A stretch of 64,000 bases of DNA, from contig CBDCJH010000002.1 of NCBI GenBank assembly GCA_965217775.1, positions 1,728,001 to 1,792,000 of the forward strand, given 5' to 3'. Position 1 is the stretch's first letter. Each line of letters opens with the position of its first letter. This document shows positions 37,430 through 45,530 of this stretch, in pieces. The stretch is from Acidobacteriota bacterium. Lineage in GTDB: Bacteria; Acidobacteriota; UBA6911; RPQK01; JAJDTT01. Below the pieces are notes generated by a model that worked only from the letters and a program-made list of their open reading frames with translations, was not told where the DNA came from and searched no databases. Position numbers and translations under genes: made by a program.

Positions 37430-38415
37430 CTCCCCTCCATCCCGGCTGCCCGGAGCACGGCACGTTTGACGGCCACTCGAGCCAACTGGATCTTGTATTT
37501 GTTCCGGCTCAGAGCCCGGGCCCCTTCGACGGCCGCGTCACCGGCACTCTCCGCCGCTTCCCGGCTGACGGCTTTGCCTTGCAGAGCCATGGCGGCCTTC
37601 TCGGAAACCCAGGGCACAGGAGCCACGTGTCCCAAGACGACACGGGCTTGACCGACACCCCCTCCATTCCGGGTCAGAGAGACGGCCGCCGCCGCCAGCG
37701 GCCAGTCCAGTGCCTCCTTCTCCCGAACTTCGTAGGTTGCGTTCTGGGCCCCTGAAGCCGCCGGAACCATGATCCGGGTCAGAATCTCGTTGGGAGCCAG
37801 GACGTTTTCCCGCTCACCTTGGGACCCGGGAGTTTGGAAAAAATTCTTGAGGTCGACTTCCCGGGAACCGGAGGCTCCTTGGATCGCGACCTTGGCCCCG
37901 AGTGCAATCAAAGCGGGGGCCAGACTCGAGGCATTGACGAATTGCGCCGCGCCGTCATTGCCCAGAATGGCGTGGTAGCGGTTGTCTCCAGCCGCGACCA
38001 TGGACTTGCCGTCCATCTGCGCCAACAGTCCGAAGCCGCGGCGAAAATACCAGCAGCGAGGCCGCTGACAGAGGTCTCCCCCGACGGTTCCGGCAGCCTG
38101 GATCTGCGGACTGCGAATGCCGTCAAGCGCCTGCGCCAGCGCCGGATAGTGGGTCTGCACGAAAGTCTGGGCGGCCAATTCGTCCAAGGTCACAACGGCG
38201 CCGATGCTGAGCCCGTTCCCGGAGTCGTAACTCACCCCCTGCAGCTCTTCGATGGACTTGATGTTCACGAGACGGCCGGGAGTCACCACATAGTCCTTCA
38301 TCAGACTCAGGAGATCGGTTCCGCCGGCCAGCACCGCCGACTCTCCATCGTTACTTCCCAGGAGCCGTACAGCCTCCTGGATCGAGGTTGGGTTGGCATA
38401 TTCGAAGGCTCGCAT
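37426..38415 (-). CDS. Xanthine dehydrogenase family FAD-binding subunit (PaoB/YagS-like)
   Basis: AGGTDLL, SPQI...TVGGDLCQRPRCWYFR, LGHVAPVPW. Confidence 0.92.
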   Translation of the reverse strand: MRAFEYANPTSIQEAVRLLGSNDGESAVLAGGTDLLSLMKDYVVTPGRLVNIKSIEELQGVSYDSGNGLSIGAVVTLDELAAQTFVQTHYPALAQALDGIRSPQIQAAGTVGGDLCQRPRCWYFRRGFGLLAQMDGKSMVAAGDNRYHAILGNDGAAQFVNASSLAPALIALGAKVAIQGASGSREVDLKNFFQTPGSQGERENVLAPNEILTRIMVPAASGAQNATYEVREKEALDWPLAAAAVSLTRNGGGVGQARVVLGHVAPVPWVSEKAAMALQGKAVSREAAESAGDAAVEGARALSRNKYKIQLARVAVKRAVLRAAGMEGS

Positions 38416-40547
38416 CAGGCAGTTCCTCCCTTCTCAAGGGCTTCCAACACGCGATTGGGGGTAACGGGCATATACGGAACGCGTACACCGATGGCGTTGG
38501 CCACGGCATTGGCCACAGCCGCGCCGGTGGAGATCACCGGAGGCTCACCCAATCCGATCACGCCCCGCTTTTCGTATTCGGGGCCCGTCATCATGTGCAC
38601 GACCAACTCGCCGATGTCCCCGATCCCGGGCAGCTTGTAGAACTCCATGTCCGGGTTCAACATCTTGCCGCTCACCGGATCCAGGACCTTCTCCTCGATC
38701 AAGGCGTAGGCGATTCCCATGATCAGGGAACCATAGACTTGGCTCTCGGCAAGTTTCATGTCGATGATCAGGCCGCAGTCCTGAACCGCCACCACCTTGT
38801 TGATCTTGACGATCCCCGTCTCCACGTCCACGGAAACGTCCGCCATCTGAACACCGCCCACGCCGCTGTCGCTGAGCTTGCCGGGACCGGGGTTCTTGCC
38901 CGACGCACTCAGGGGGCTGGGACCGATACGGGCAGCGGCCTGTCGCCAGGAAAGACTGCGGGCCGGGTTCCCCTTGACCTGAATCCTCCCGCCGACGGCT
39001 TCCAGTTCATCGGCAGCCGCTCCCAGTGACGGAGCCACCCGTTCCAGTAGCTGTTCCAGCGCGTTGACCGCCGCCCGGCGGGTCGAAGAGGTCACGCCAC
39101 CGACGGTGGTGCTTCCTCCGGAACCTCCCGACGCGGGAAACCGGCTGTCGCCGATCCGCACGTTCACGGCGTCGAGGGGAAGGCTCAAGGTCTCGCCCAG
39201 GATCATGGCGATGACCGTAATGGTGCCGGTGCCCAGGTCCTGACTCCCCAACCGTGCTTCCACGTTTCCGTCGGGAAAGACCACGACTTCGCAGTTGCTC
39301 TGATGCGCTCTCCCGCCCCAGGTATGAATGCCCAACCCGAGACCCCGCTTGACGGGGCCGCGTCCACTGTCTCCCCGGGGGTGCCAGTTGCGTTTCCAAT
39401 CGATGAGCGCGGCCCCGACTTCCAATTCCTCGGCATAGGTGTCGGCTCGGGGTCCGGTAATGGAGACGTTCTTGAGAAACAGATCCAGGGGATCCATCTT
39501 CAACTCGGCGGCCAGGTCCTCCAGGGCGCTCATGGTCAGGAAGCAGGCCTGAGGATGGTTGGGCGCCCGCCAGGCTCGTGCCGTGGCCTTGTTGATGACG
39601 ATCGAATGGTGTGTCTGCTTCCGGTTGGGAACCTGGAAAATGTAGGGGACGGGCGGACTGCCGCGCGAACCTGAGATCCCGCCGGAGCCCCACGTTTCCG
39701 AAGACCAGGCCACGATGGTTCCGTCGGATTTGGCGCCGACCTCGATTTTGGCGTAAGCCGAGGGGCGGTCTCCCGCAACGGCCAACTCCGCGTCCCGCTC
39801 CAGGAACAGTTTGACGGCGGCGTTTTCCTGACGGGCCAGCTCGGCACATTCGATGCCCCAGCGATCGGCGCTGAACTTGCTTCCGAATCCACCGCCCATG
39901 TAGGGAGTGATCACCCGCACGTTGGCGGTCGGCAGGCCCAGCTTGTCGGCGAACTGACCGGGCAGACCCGAAACCGCCTGGGTGGAGCACCAGGCGTTGA
40001 GCTTGTCTTCGCCTTCCCACTCGCAGACCTGACCATGAGACTCCATGCAGCAATGGGTGATGGCGGCAATGCCATAAAAGCCCTTGCTCCGGACGTCCGC
40101 CGAGGCCATGGCCCCCGCCGGCTCTCCTTCGGTCTCCTCCCTTGCAATCTCCTGGTCCGGAGCGTTGGCCCGATCCTCTTCCGTGACGAAGTGGGAAAGC
40201 ACCTCGTAATCGATCCGGATTGCCCGGACTCCATCCTCAGCCGCCTCTTCCGTCTCGGCGGCGACGGTCAACACCTCGTCCAGCTCCCACTTGATCTCGG
40301 AGCCGACCCCCTGAATCACGCGGACCGCCTTGACACCGGGTACGGCTTCCGCCGCCGAAGTGTCCAGGCTAGTGATCCGAGCGTGGGCATGAGGACAGCG
40401 AAGGATCTTGGCGAACAGCATCCCGGAGCGGTTGACGTCGTAGGAATACTTGGCGACTCCCGTAACCTTGAGAGGCCCATCCAGACGAGAGACACGTTTG
40501 CCGATGTATTTCCTCTTGGAAGCTTCCGGCCATGAGTAATCAGCCAT
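38415..40547 (-). CDS. Xanthine dehydrogenase family molybdopterin-binding subunit (PaoC/YagR-like)
   Basis: KVTGVAKY, MGGGFGSK, AWRAP, QDLGTG, GSGGSTT, SQVYG, GLGEP. Confidence 0.95.
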   Translation of the reverse strand: MADYSWPEASKRKYIGKRVSRLDGPLKVTGVAKYSYDVNRSGMLFAKILRCPHAHARITSLDTSAAEAVPGVKAVRVIQGVGSEIKWELDEVLTVAAETEEAAEDGVRAIRIDYEVLSHFVTEEDRANAPDQEIAREETEGEPAGAMASADVRSKGFYGIAAITHCCMESHGQVCEWEGEDKLNAWCSTQAVSGLPGQFADKLGLPTANVRVITPYMGGGFGSKFSADRWGIECAELARQENAAVKLFLERDAELAVAGDRPSAYAKIEVGAKSDGTIVAWSSETWGSGGISGSRGSPPVPYIFQVPNRKQTHHSIVINKATARAWRAPNHPQACFLTMSALEDLAAELKMDPLDLFLKNVSITGPRADTYAEELEVGAALIDWKRNWHPRGDSGRGPVKRGLGLGIHTWGGRAHQSNCEVVVFPDGNVEARLGSQDLGTGTITVIAMILGETLSLPLDAVNVRIGDSRFPASGGSGGSTTVGGVTSSTRRAAVNALEQLLERVAPSLGAAADELEAVGGRIQVKGNPARSLSWRQAAARIGPSPLSASGKNPGPGKLSDSGVGGVQMADVSVDVETGIVKINKVVAVQDCGLIIDMKLAESQVYGSLIMGIAYALIEEKVLDPVSGKMLNPDMEFYKLPGIGDIGELVVHMMTGPEYEKRGVIGLGEPPVISTGAAVANAVANAIGVRVPYMPVTPNRVLEALEKGGTA

Positions 40548-41175
40548 TGGTCCCTCCTTTCAGGACCCCTGCCGCCTGCATCACGGCCGGGCGAATTCCG
40601 ACGTAGGTTCCACAGCGACAGAGATTGCCCCCCAGACCCGTATTGATCTGTTCCAGCGTGGGATTGGGATGGCGGTCGAGGAATGCCTTGCAGGCAACGA
40701 CGAACCCTGGCGTACAGAAGCCGCACTGCTGGGCATCGTTGTCGACGAACGCTTCCTGAACCGGATGCATTCGCTCCGGAGTCCCCAGTCCCTCCACGGT
40801 GGTGACGTCCTTGCCTTGGGCCTCGATGGCCAGGGTCGAGCAGGAGTAGACCGGCTTTCCATCCACCAGGACCGTACAGGAACCGCAGGTTCCCCGATCG
40901 CAGACCTTTTTTGCTCCGGTCAGATCCAGATGGTTCCGGAGCGCATCCAGCAGGGTCGTTCTCGGTTCCAATTCCACCCGATGTTTGCGTCCGTTCACCT
41001 GGAGCTTCATGCTCAAGGCTCCCGGACCCTCGACCCCATGGCCCGACATCGCGGACGGAGCGCCGCTGATACGCTGCAGCAGTCCCGTGGTTACGGCGCC
41101 GGCGGCGCCTCCTCTCAAGAAGTCACGCCGCGAAACGTTCGCGGTCACGTGTTCTTCTTCCCTCTCTTTGCTCAT
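40540..41175 (-). CDS. 2Fe-2S subunit with Tat signal (PaoA/YagT-like)
   Basis: SRRDFL twin-arginine motif; CDRGTCGSC, QCGFCTPG, NLCRCG. Confidence 0.94.
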   Translation of the reverse strand: MSKEREEEHVTANVSRRDFLRGGAAGAVTTGLLQRISGAPSAMSGHGVEGPGALSMKLQVNGRKHRVELEPRTTLLDALRNHLDLTGAKKVCDRGTCGSCTVLVDGKPVYSCSTLAIEAQGKDVTTVEGLGTPERMHPVQEAFVDNDAQQCGFCTPGFVVACKAFLDRHPNPTLEQINTGLGGNLCRCGTYVGIRPAVMQAAGVLKGGTNG

Positions 41176-41337
41176 GTAGCCTCCTTCACCACTTTGTCGC
41201 TGTCGGCAGGAACTTCGCTCACACTATAGAACCTGTTTCCGTCCCCATGCAAGCCTTTGGAGCCTCAATTCCGGGCATCGCCGGTCCGAGGCGCACTGAG
41301 GCTCCCGGTGCGAAGCGGAGACAGGTCAGAGCAGGAC

Positions 41338-41366
41338 AAAACGCTTCGTCAGCGGGCGGACGAAGC
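41338..41366 (-). terminator. Probable intrinsic terminator downstream of the small basic protein gene
   Basis: 8-bp stem GCTTCGTC/GACGAAGC followed by GTTTT on the minus strand. Confidence 0.55.
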
Positions 41367-41425
41367 CTGCTTACTGCGAGGAGTCAAGTTTCCCGAAACC
41401 TCAAAGCGGAAGTCGAAGACCGCGC

Positions 41426-41518
41426 TTACTTGGAGTGGGAGTTCTTGCGGATCTGGTGACGGCGCTTCCGGCGAAGCTTGCCGCGCCGTTTTTTCTTCTT
41501 CTTGAGTACGCTACCCAT
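41426..41518 (-). CDS. 30-aa basic protein, AURKAIP1/COX24 domain (ribosomal protein bS22/mS38-like)
   Basis: Translated by hand: MGSVLKKKKKRRGKLRRKRRHQIRKNSHSK; MGSV-KK start resembles bS22; below the ORF-track cutoff. Confidence 0.75.
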   Translation of the reverse strand: MGSVLKKKKKRRGKLRRKRRHQIRKNSHSK

Positions 41519-41779
41519 AATGGAATCTAAGGCCGCGATAATAGCAGATGACGGCGTTTCTCCACAAGTCGGAGCGTTTGAACGGATTCCAGACTGTTCC
41601 CACCCCGAGGGATTTTTGGGAACGCTGCTCGTTCCATCCGGGAGGGGATCTCCATACGTCTGCTATGATGAGCTTTCCTACCACCTTCTCCGATGCCACG
41701 TCGATCCGCATAGCTGCGACGGCGCAGTCGGGACGTCGCCCGGAAGGTAAACCGGAGGTCGAGCGCGGGGAGCAGATCA

Positions 41780-42277
41780 ATGACAAGGGGTGCAGCATCC
41801 CAGGCTGTTTCGGGCGATGTGGAGGTCGTTGTGTATACCGACGGTGCCTGCAGCGGCAATCCCGGCCCAGGCGGTTGGGCATTCATCCTGGAACACCGGT
41901 CGTCGGGCAGGACGCTGGAGGACAGCGGTGCCCAATGGCAGACGACCAACAATCGAATGGAGCTTCAAGCGGTCATTCAGGGTCTCTCCCGGGTGAGCCG
42001 CCCCGCTCGTGTCCACGTGGTGACGGACAGTTCCTACGTCCAGCAGGGAGCCACGGATTGGATCTACAAATGGAAGGCCCGGGGATGGAAGAGGAAAACC
42101 TCCTCCGGAAAGAAGCCGGTCAAGAACCAGGATCTCTGGGAGCGACTGGACCGGATTCGGAACCGGCATGAGGTGAGCTTCGAGCGCGTTCGCGGCCATG
42201 CCGGACACCCCATGAACGAACGTTGCGACCAACTGGCGGTGGCGGCATACCAACGGCTCAAGGCGGGCCGGCTGTGA
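41780..42277 (+). CDS. rnhA: Ribonuclease HI
   Basis: YTDGACSGNPGPGGW, TTNNRMEL, TDSSYV, VKNQDLW, GHAGHPMNERCDQLA. Confidence 0.96.
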   Translation: MTRGAASQAVSGDVEVVVYTDGACSGNPGPGGWAFILEHRSSGRTLEDSGAQWQTTNNRMELQAVIQGLSRVSRPARVHVVTDSSYVQQGATDWIYKWKARGWKRKTSSGKKPVKNQDLWERLDRIRNRHEVSFERVRGHAGHPMNERCDQLAVAAYQRLKAGRL

Positions 42278-42355
42278 ATGGGAACGGCGCCGTCCGCGTT
42301 TGGGTACGTGCGTACGCAGGCCTGTTTGAGCTGGGAGACCGGCCAAACCACCTCT

Positions 42356-43561
42356 TCAGAGAGACCGGAGGAAGGCCAGCAGCGCCTCGCGTTCCTCCGT
42401 GGTCAGGGCTTCGAACAGGGTTCGGCTGCCTTCGGCCTCGACGCGGTGTCTCAGAATCGCCGCCTCGATGGTTGCCGCGGAACCGTCGTGCAAATATGGG
42501 GCCCGAGCCGCGACGCCCCACAAGGGTGCCGTCCGGATCTCCGTTGGGCCGGCGTCTCCGTCCCGAATCCCGTCTCCGGTTCCGATGTCATGGAGCAGGA
42601 AATCCCCAAACGGACTGAAGGTCTTGTGGCTGAGGGCTTCGAACGGACTGGCCCCGGTCTGTAGAGTCGGCACGTGACAGGCGGAACATTGAACCTCCTC
42701 GAAGAGTTCTTCCCCGCTTCGCGTCCGGTCGTTTTCCGCACCTCTCGGCGGCGGGCCCAGCAGGCGCATGAAATTGGCGAAGTTGTCGATCCCCCGCAGG
42801 CCCGTGGACGGTTCAGGCCCATCCTCAGGATCGGCGACGGCGTCGATGAGTTCCAACGGCTCGCAGTCTCCGGCAGGACACATCTCGTTGGGGAACAGGT
42901 CGCTGGTGATCCCCATTTCGTTGCGGTAGGCCTCTGCTCCGAAGGTGAACAGGGATGATTGCTGCGCCTTCCAACCGAAGCGCCCGGCGCGGGTCTCCCC
43001 GGAGTCCCGATCCACGACCCAATGGACACGCCCGCTGACCCCGTCCCCGTCCTGGTCTTCCGGATCCTCCAAAGCCGCCAGGACTTCATCCGGAACCGAT
43101 TCCACCAGACCGTCTCCGAACAGGGGGATCGGCTGCCGCTTGGCCACCACGTTGGCGCCCGCGGGGATCGCCGCCTGGATCGCATGGTTGGGGATGGAGA
43201 AGAGATGGATCAGGGACCCTCCCGGCGGGTCCTGAAAGGTTCCGTCAGCGTGCAGAGTCCCGGCCCGGACCTCGGTGATGGTGCTGGTCCCCCCGATGGC
43301 GGGAATGACGTGGCATTCGGCGCAGGAGCGGCCGTTGTACAGGGGCCCCAGTCCTTCGTCCGCGTCCTCCACTTCCAGGAAGTCCTCGAGTCCCAGGCGG
43401 AAGAGTTCGAACTCCACGCCTCCTATTCCCTGGATGGGTTCGCCGAACTCGGTCCCCTGCACGTCGGTTCCCTGTCCGGCCCCCGGACCGGCCATGGCCG
43501 CAAGGACCAGCATCATCGCCAGGATGGTCCCCCCTTTCACCACCCCGGGTCGTTTCCACAT
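42356..43561 (-). CDS. Exported di-heme c protein (DUF1111 / di-heme oxidoreductase family)
   Basis: Signal peptide; GLGPLYNGRSCAECH, GRFGWKA, EMGITS, CSACH, RTAPLWG, YLHDG. Confidence 0.88.
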   Translation of the reverse strand: MWKRPGVVKGGTILAMMLVLAAMAGPGAGQGTDVQGTEFGEPIQGIGGVEFELFRLGLEDFLEVEDADEGLGPLYNGRSCAECHVIPAIGGTSTITEVRAGTLHADGTFQDPPGGSLIHLFSIPNHAIQAAIPAGANVVAKRQPIPLFGDGLVESVPDEVLAALEDPEDQDGDGVSGRVHWVVDRDSGETRAGRFGWKAQQSSLFTFGAEAYRNEMGITSDLFPNEMCPAGDCEPLELIDAVADPEDGPEPSTGLRGIDNFANFMRLLGPPPRGAENDRTRSGEELFEEVQCSACHVPTLQTGASPFEALSHKTFSPFGDFLLHDIGTGDGIRDGDAGPTEIRTAPLWGVAARAPYLHDGSAATIEAAILRHRVEAEGSRTLFEALTTEEREALLAFLRSL

Positions 43562-43580
43562 GGCATTCCCTCCGCAGGCC

Positions 43581-43964
43581 TTATTCGACAATGATGGTTC
43601 CCCGCATCATGGTGTGGCCGGCGCCGCAAGGACGGGAGCATTCGAACGGAAAGCTCCCCGCCTTGCGAGATCGGAATCGGATCTTGACCGTTCCCTGACC
43701 CCGCGCCGGAATCGTGACGTCGACGTCGGCCTTGGGTATGCGAAATCCGTGGAAGGTGTCCTGGCTGCTCAACTCGATCTCCAGCAGCGTGCCCCTCTTG
43801 ACCCGAATCCTGGAGGGAATGAAATGAAATCTCTCCGCGGAGATTCGGACCTTCTGCACCTTCGGCTCGCCATTTTTCTTCGCTTTGGGAAGGGCCGGAA
43901 CCAGAGCCGCTCCCAGCCCGATCAGGAGCAATCCGAGGCCCCATGGGATCATCCGGTAATTCAC
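43581..43964 (-). CDS. Exported cupredoxin with CuA-type motif
   Basis: Signal peptide; SQDTFHGF and CSRPCGAGHTMM; no CoxII TM hairpin. Confidence 0.85.
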   Translation of the reverse strand: MNYRMIPWGLGLLLIGLGAALVPALPKAKKNGEPKVQKVRISAERFHFIPSRIRVKRGTLLEIELSSQDTFHGFRIPKADVDVTIPARGQGTVKIRFRSRKAGSFPFECSRPCGAGHTMMRGTIIVE

Positions 43965-43975
43965 GGCCGTTCCTC

Positions 43976-45403
43976 CTAAAACCACCAGCCGATGCCCAGG
44001 TTCCACCGGTTGCGGGCCCGGACGACCCGGCTGGCGTTCCTCATGATGTTGTAGTCAACTTTCAGCACCACGTCCGGGTGGGGAAAGTAGGAAAGACCCA
44101 GAACCTGGGCCGAACGGTCGAACTGGCTCAGGGGGAAGAACCCTTCAGCCATTCTGTGCTGGGTGTCGAAGTTCTCGTAGCGATAGAAGCCGACCAGGTC
44201 ATGGCTGGAACCGGACGGCACCAGGCTGCTGGAGCCTTCCAGATAGAATCCTCGCATTCCCCGGGCAATGTTGGGGTTGATTCCGGCGCTGCGTCGAATC
44301 GAAGCGTTGACCTCAGCCGCCTGGTCCAGATGGGTCAGGGCAAATTGTCCCCGTGCCTCGAAGCGATCGAACCGATACCGGCCGTCGAACTCGAAGACCC
44401 GCAATCGGGCGTCCAGATCCCTGAACTGGAATCCGGTCTCTCCGGTCCAGAAGCTGGTGCCCAGATTCAGTCCCGGAAGCGGCCCGTATTCGACTCGCCC
44501 GACCCAGGCCAGATTGCGAGCGTTCTCCAGAAAGGATTTCTGCCTTCCCTCCCGGAAACCCTCCTCCGCCGAAAAGAGGGAGCCGTCCACCGAACTCATG
44601 ACATAGGTCTTGTAGGAGAAACCTCCGCCCAAGTCTCCCACCAGGCCTCCGCCGCCGGCAAACCAGGTCGTGGGCAGGATCACCTCATCCACGAAGGGAC
44701 GCTCCACCCCGTGAAACGCCGTCGGCTCATGCCTTTCGTTGATGATTCCCACCGGCGTCAACAAGATCCCGGCCCGAAAGTTGAATCTCGGGTCGATGAG
44801 GAAGTCCAGGTAGGCCTGTTCCAACTCCAACTCACCGGTGGGGGCGCCCCCCTCGATCAGGCCGTGCTCCAATTCCAGCTCCGACCAGAAGCGGACTCGA
44901 TCCCCGAACATGTGGCCCAGGTTCAGAACGAAGCGGTGGAAGTCGAGAGTCGTCGGGTTCAAGCCGTCGTGGTTGACATGCATCTCCATGTACCCGGACA
45001 TGGGCATGCTGCCGCCGAACATTCCCGCCGTCGCGCCGGGAGCGTCAGGCGCCGCGACTACCTCGGCGACCACCATCGCTTCCACCTCCGGGACCGCCTC
45101 GTGTTTCGGAGCCGGCTCCTCGACCCGGGACGCTTGCCGGCGAATCGTCTTCAATTCAGCGGCCAGAGACTGCAGTTCACCTTTCACATCCTCGCCGAGA
45201 GTGCCTCCCAGCGCGTCGGCCAAGAGTCCGATCAACCGCTCCAGGTTGGACTCCACCCGGTCGAGACGGTCTCCAAGGGACTCCTCGGGGGGGTTGGCCA
45301 CCGCCGGCACGGTCCCGATCCCGATCAGGACGATCGCCAGGAGCAGCATGGGGAAGTTAGGGCCAAGGCGCGCGGCCGTGGCGGCGGGGGGGGAATATTT
45401 CAT
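43976..45403 (-). CDS. Outer-membrane beta-barrel porin with N-terminal coiled coil
   Basis: Signal peptide, coiled coil, LDFHRFVL...SELELEH...LEQAYLD, C-terminal LGIGWWF. Confidence 0.8.
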   Translation of the reverse strand: MKYSPPAATAARLGPNFPMLLLAIVLIGIGTVPAVANPPEESLGDRLDRVESNLERLIGLLADALGGTLGEDVKGELQSLAAELKTIRRQASRVEEPAPKHEAVPEVEAMVVAEVVAAPDAPGATAGMFGGSMPMSGYMEMHVNHDGLNPTTLDFHRFVLNLGHMFGDRVRFWSELELEHGLIEGGAPTGELELEQAYLDFLIDPRFNFRAGILLTPVGIINERHEPTAFHGVERPFVDEVILPTTWFAGGGGLVGDLGGGFSYKTYVMSSVDGSLFSAEEGFREGRQKSFLENARNLAWVGRVEYGPLPGLNLGTSFWTGETGFQFRDLDARLRVFEFDGRYRFDRFEARGQFALTHLDQAAEVNASIRRSAGINPNIARGMRGFYLEGSSSLVPSGSSHDLVGFYRYENFDTQHRMAEGFFPLSQFDRSAQVLGLSYFPHPDVVLKVDYNIMRNASRVVRARNRWNLGIGWWF

Positions 45404-45416
45404 GGCGCTAAGTTGA

Positions 45417-45445
45417 AGTTTAGTCCAGACTAAATCCAAGGTCAA
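45417..45445 (-). promoter_or_regulatory. sigma70 promoter (TTGACC-N17-TAAACT) overlapped by palindromic operator TTTAGTC-CA-GACTAAA (DtxR/MntR-like)
   Basis: Perfect 7-2-7 inverted repeat at 45419-45434 in an AT-rich island covering the spacer and part of the -10. Confidence 0.7.
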
Positions 45446-45530
45446 CGCGCAGAGAGCCGATTTCTGACCCGAGAGGTGGACAAAAAGCCCTCGGTCTCAA
45501 GAGGGACGGAAATTAAGCCCTGGTATGGGG

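Noticed and set aside
41530-41779. Possible ncRNA upstream of rnhA (hairpins CTGCG..CGCAG and CCGGAAGGTAAACCGG)
   Set aside because: Does not match SRP or other RNA cores I can recognise; short GC hairpins are expected by chance
43581-43964. Cytochrome c oxidase subunit II
   Set aside because: Only a soluble CuA-type domain is present; no TM hairpin and no adjacent subunit I
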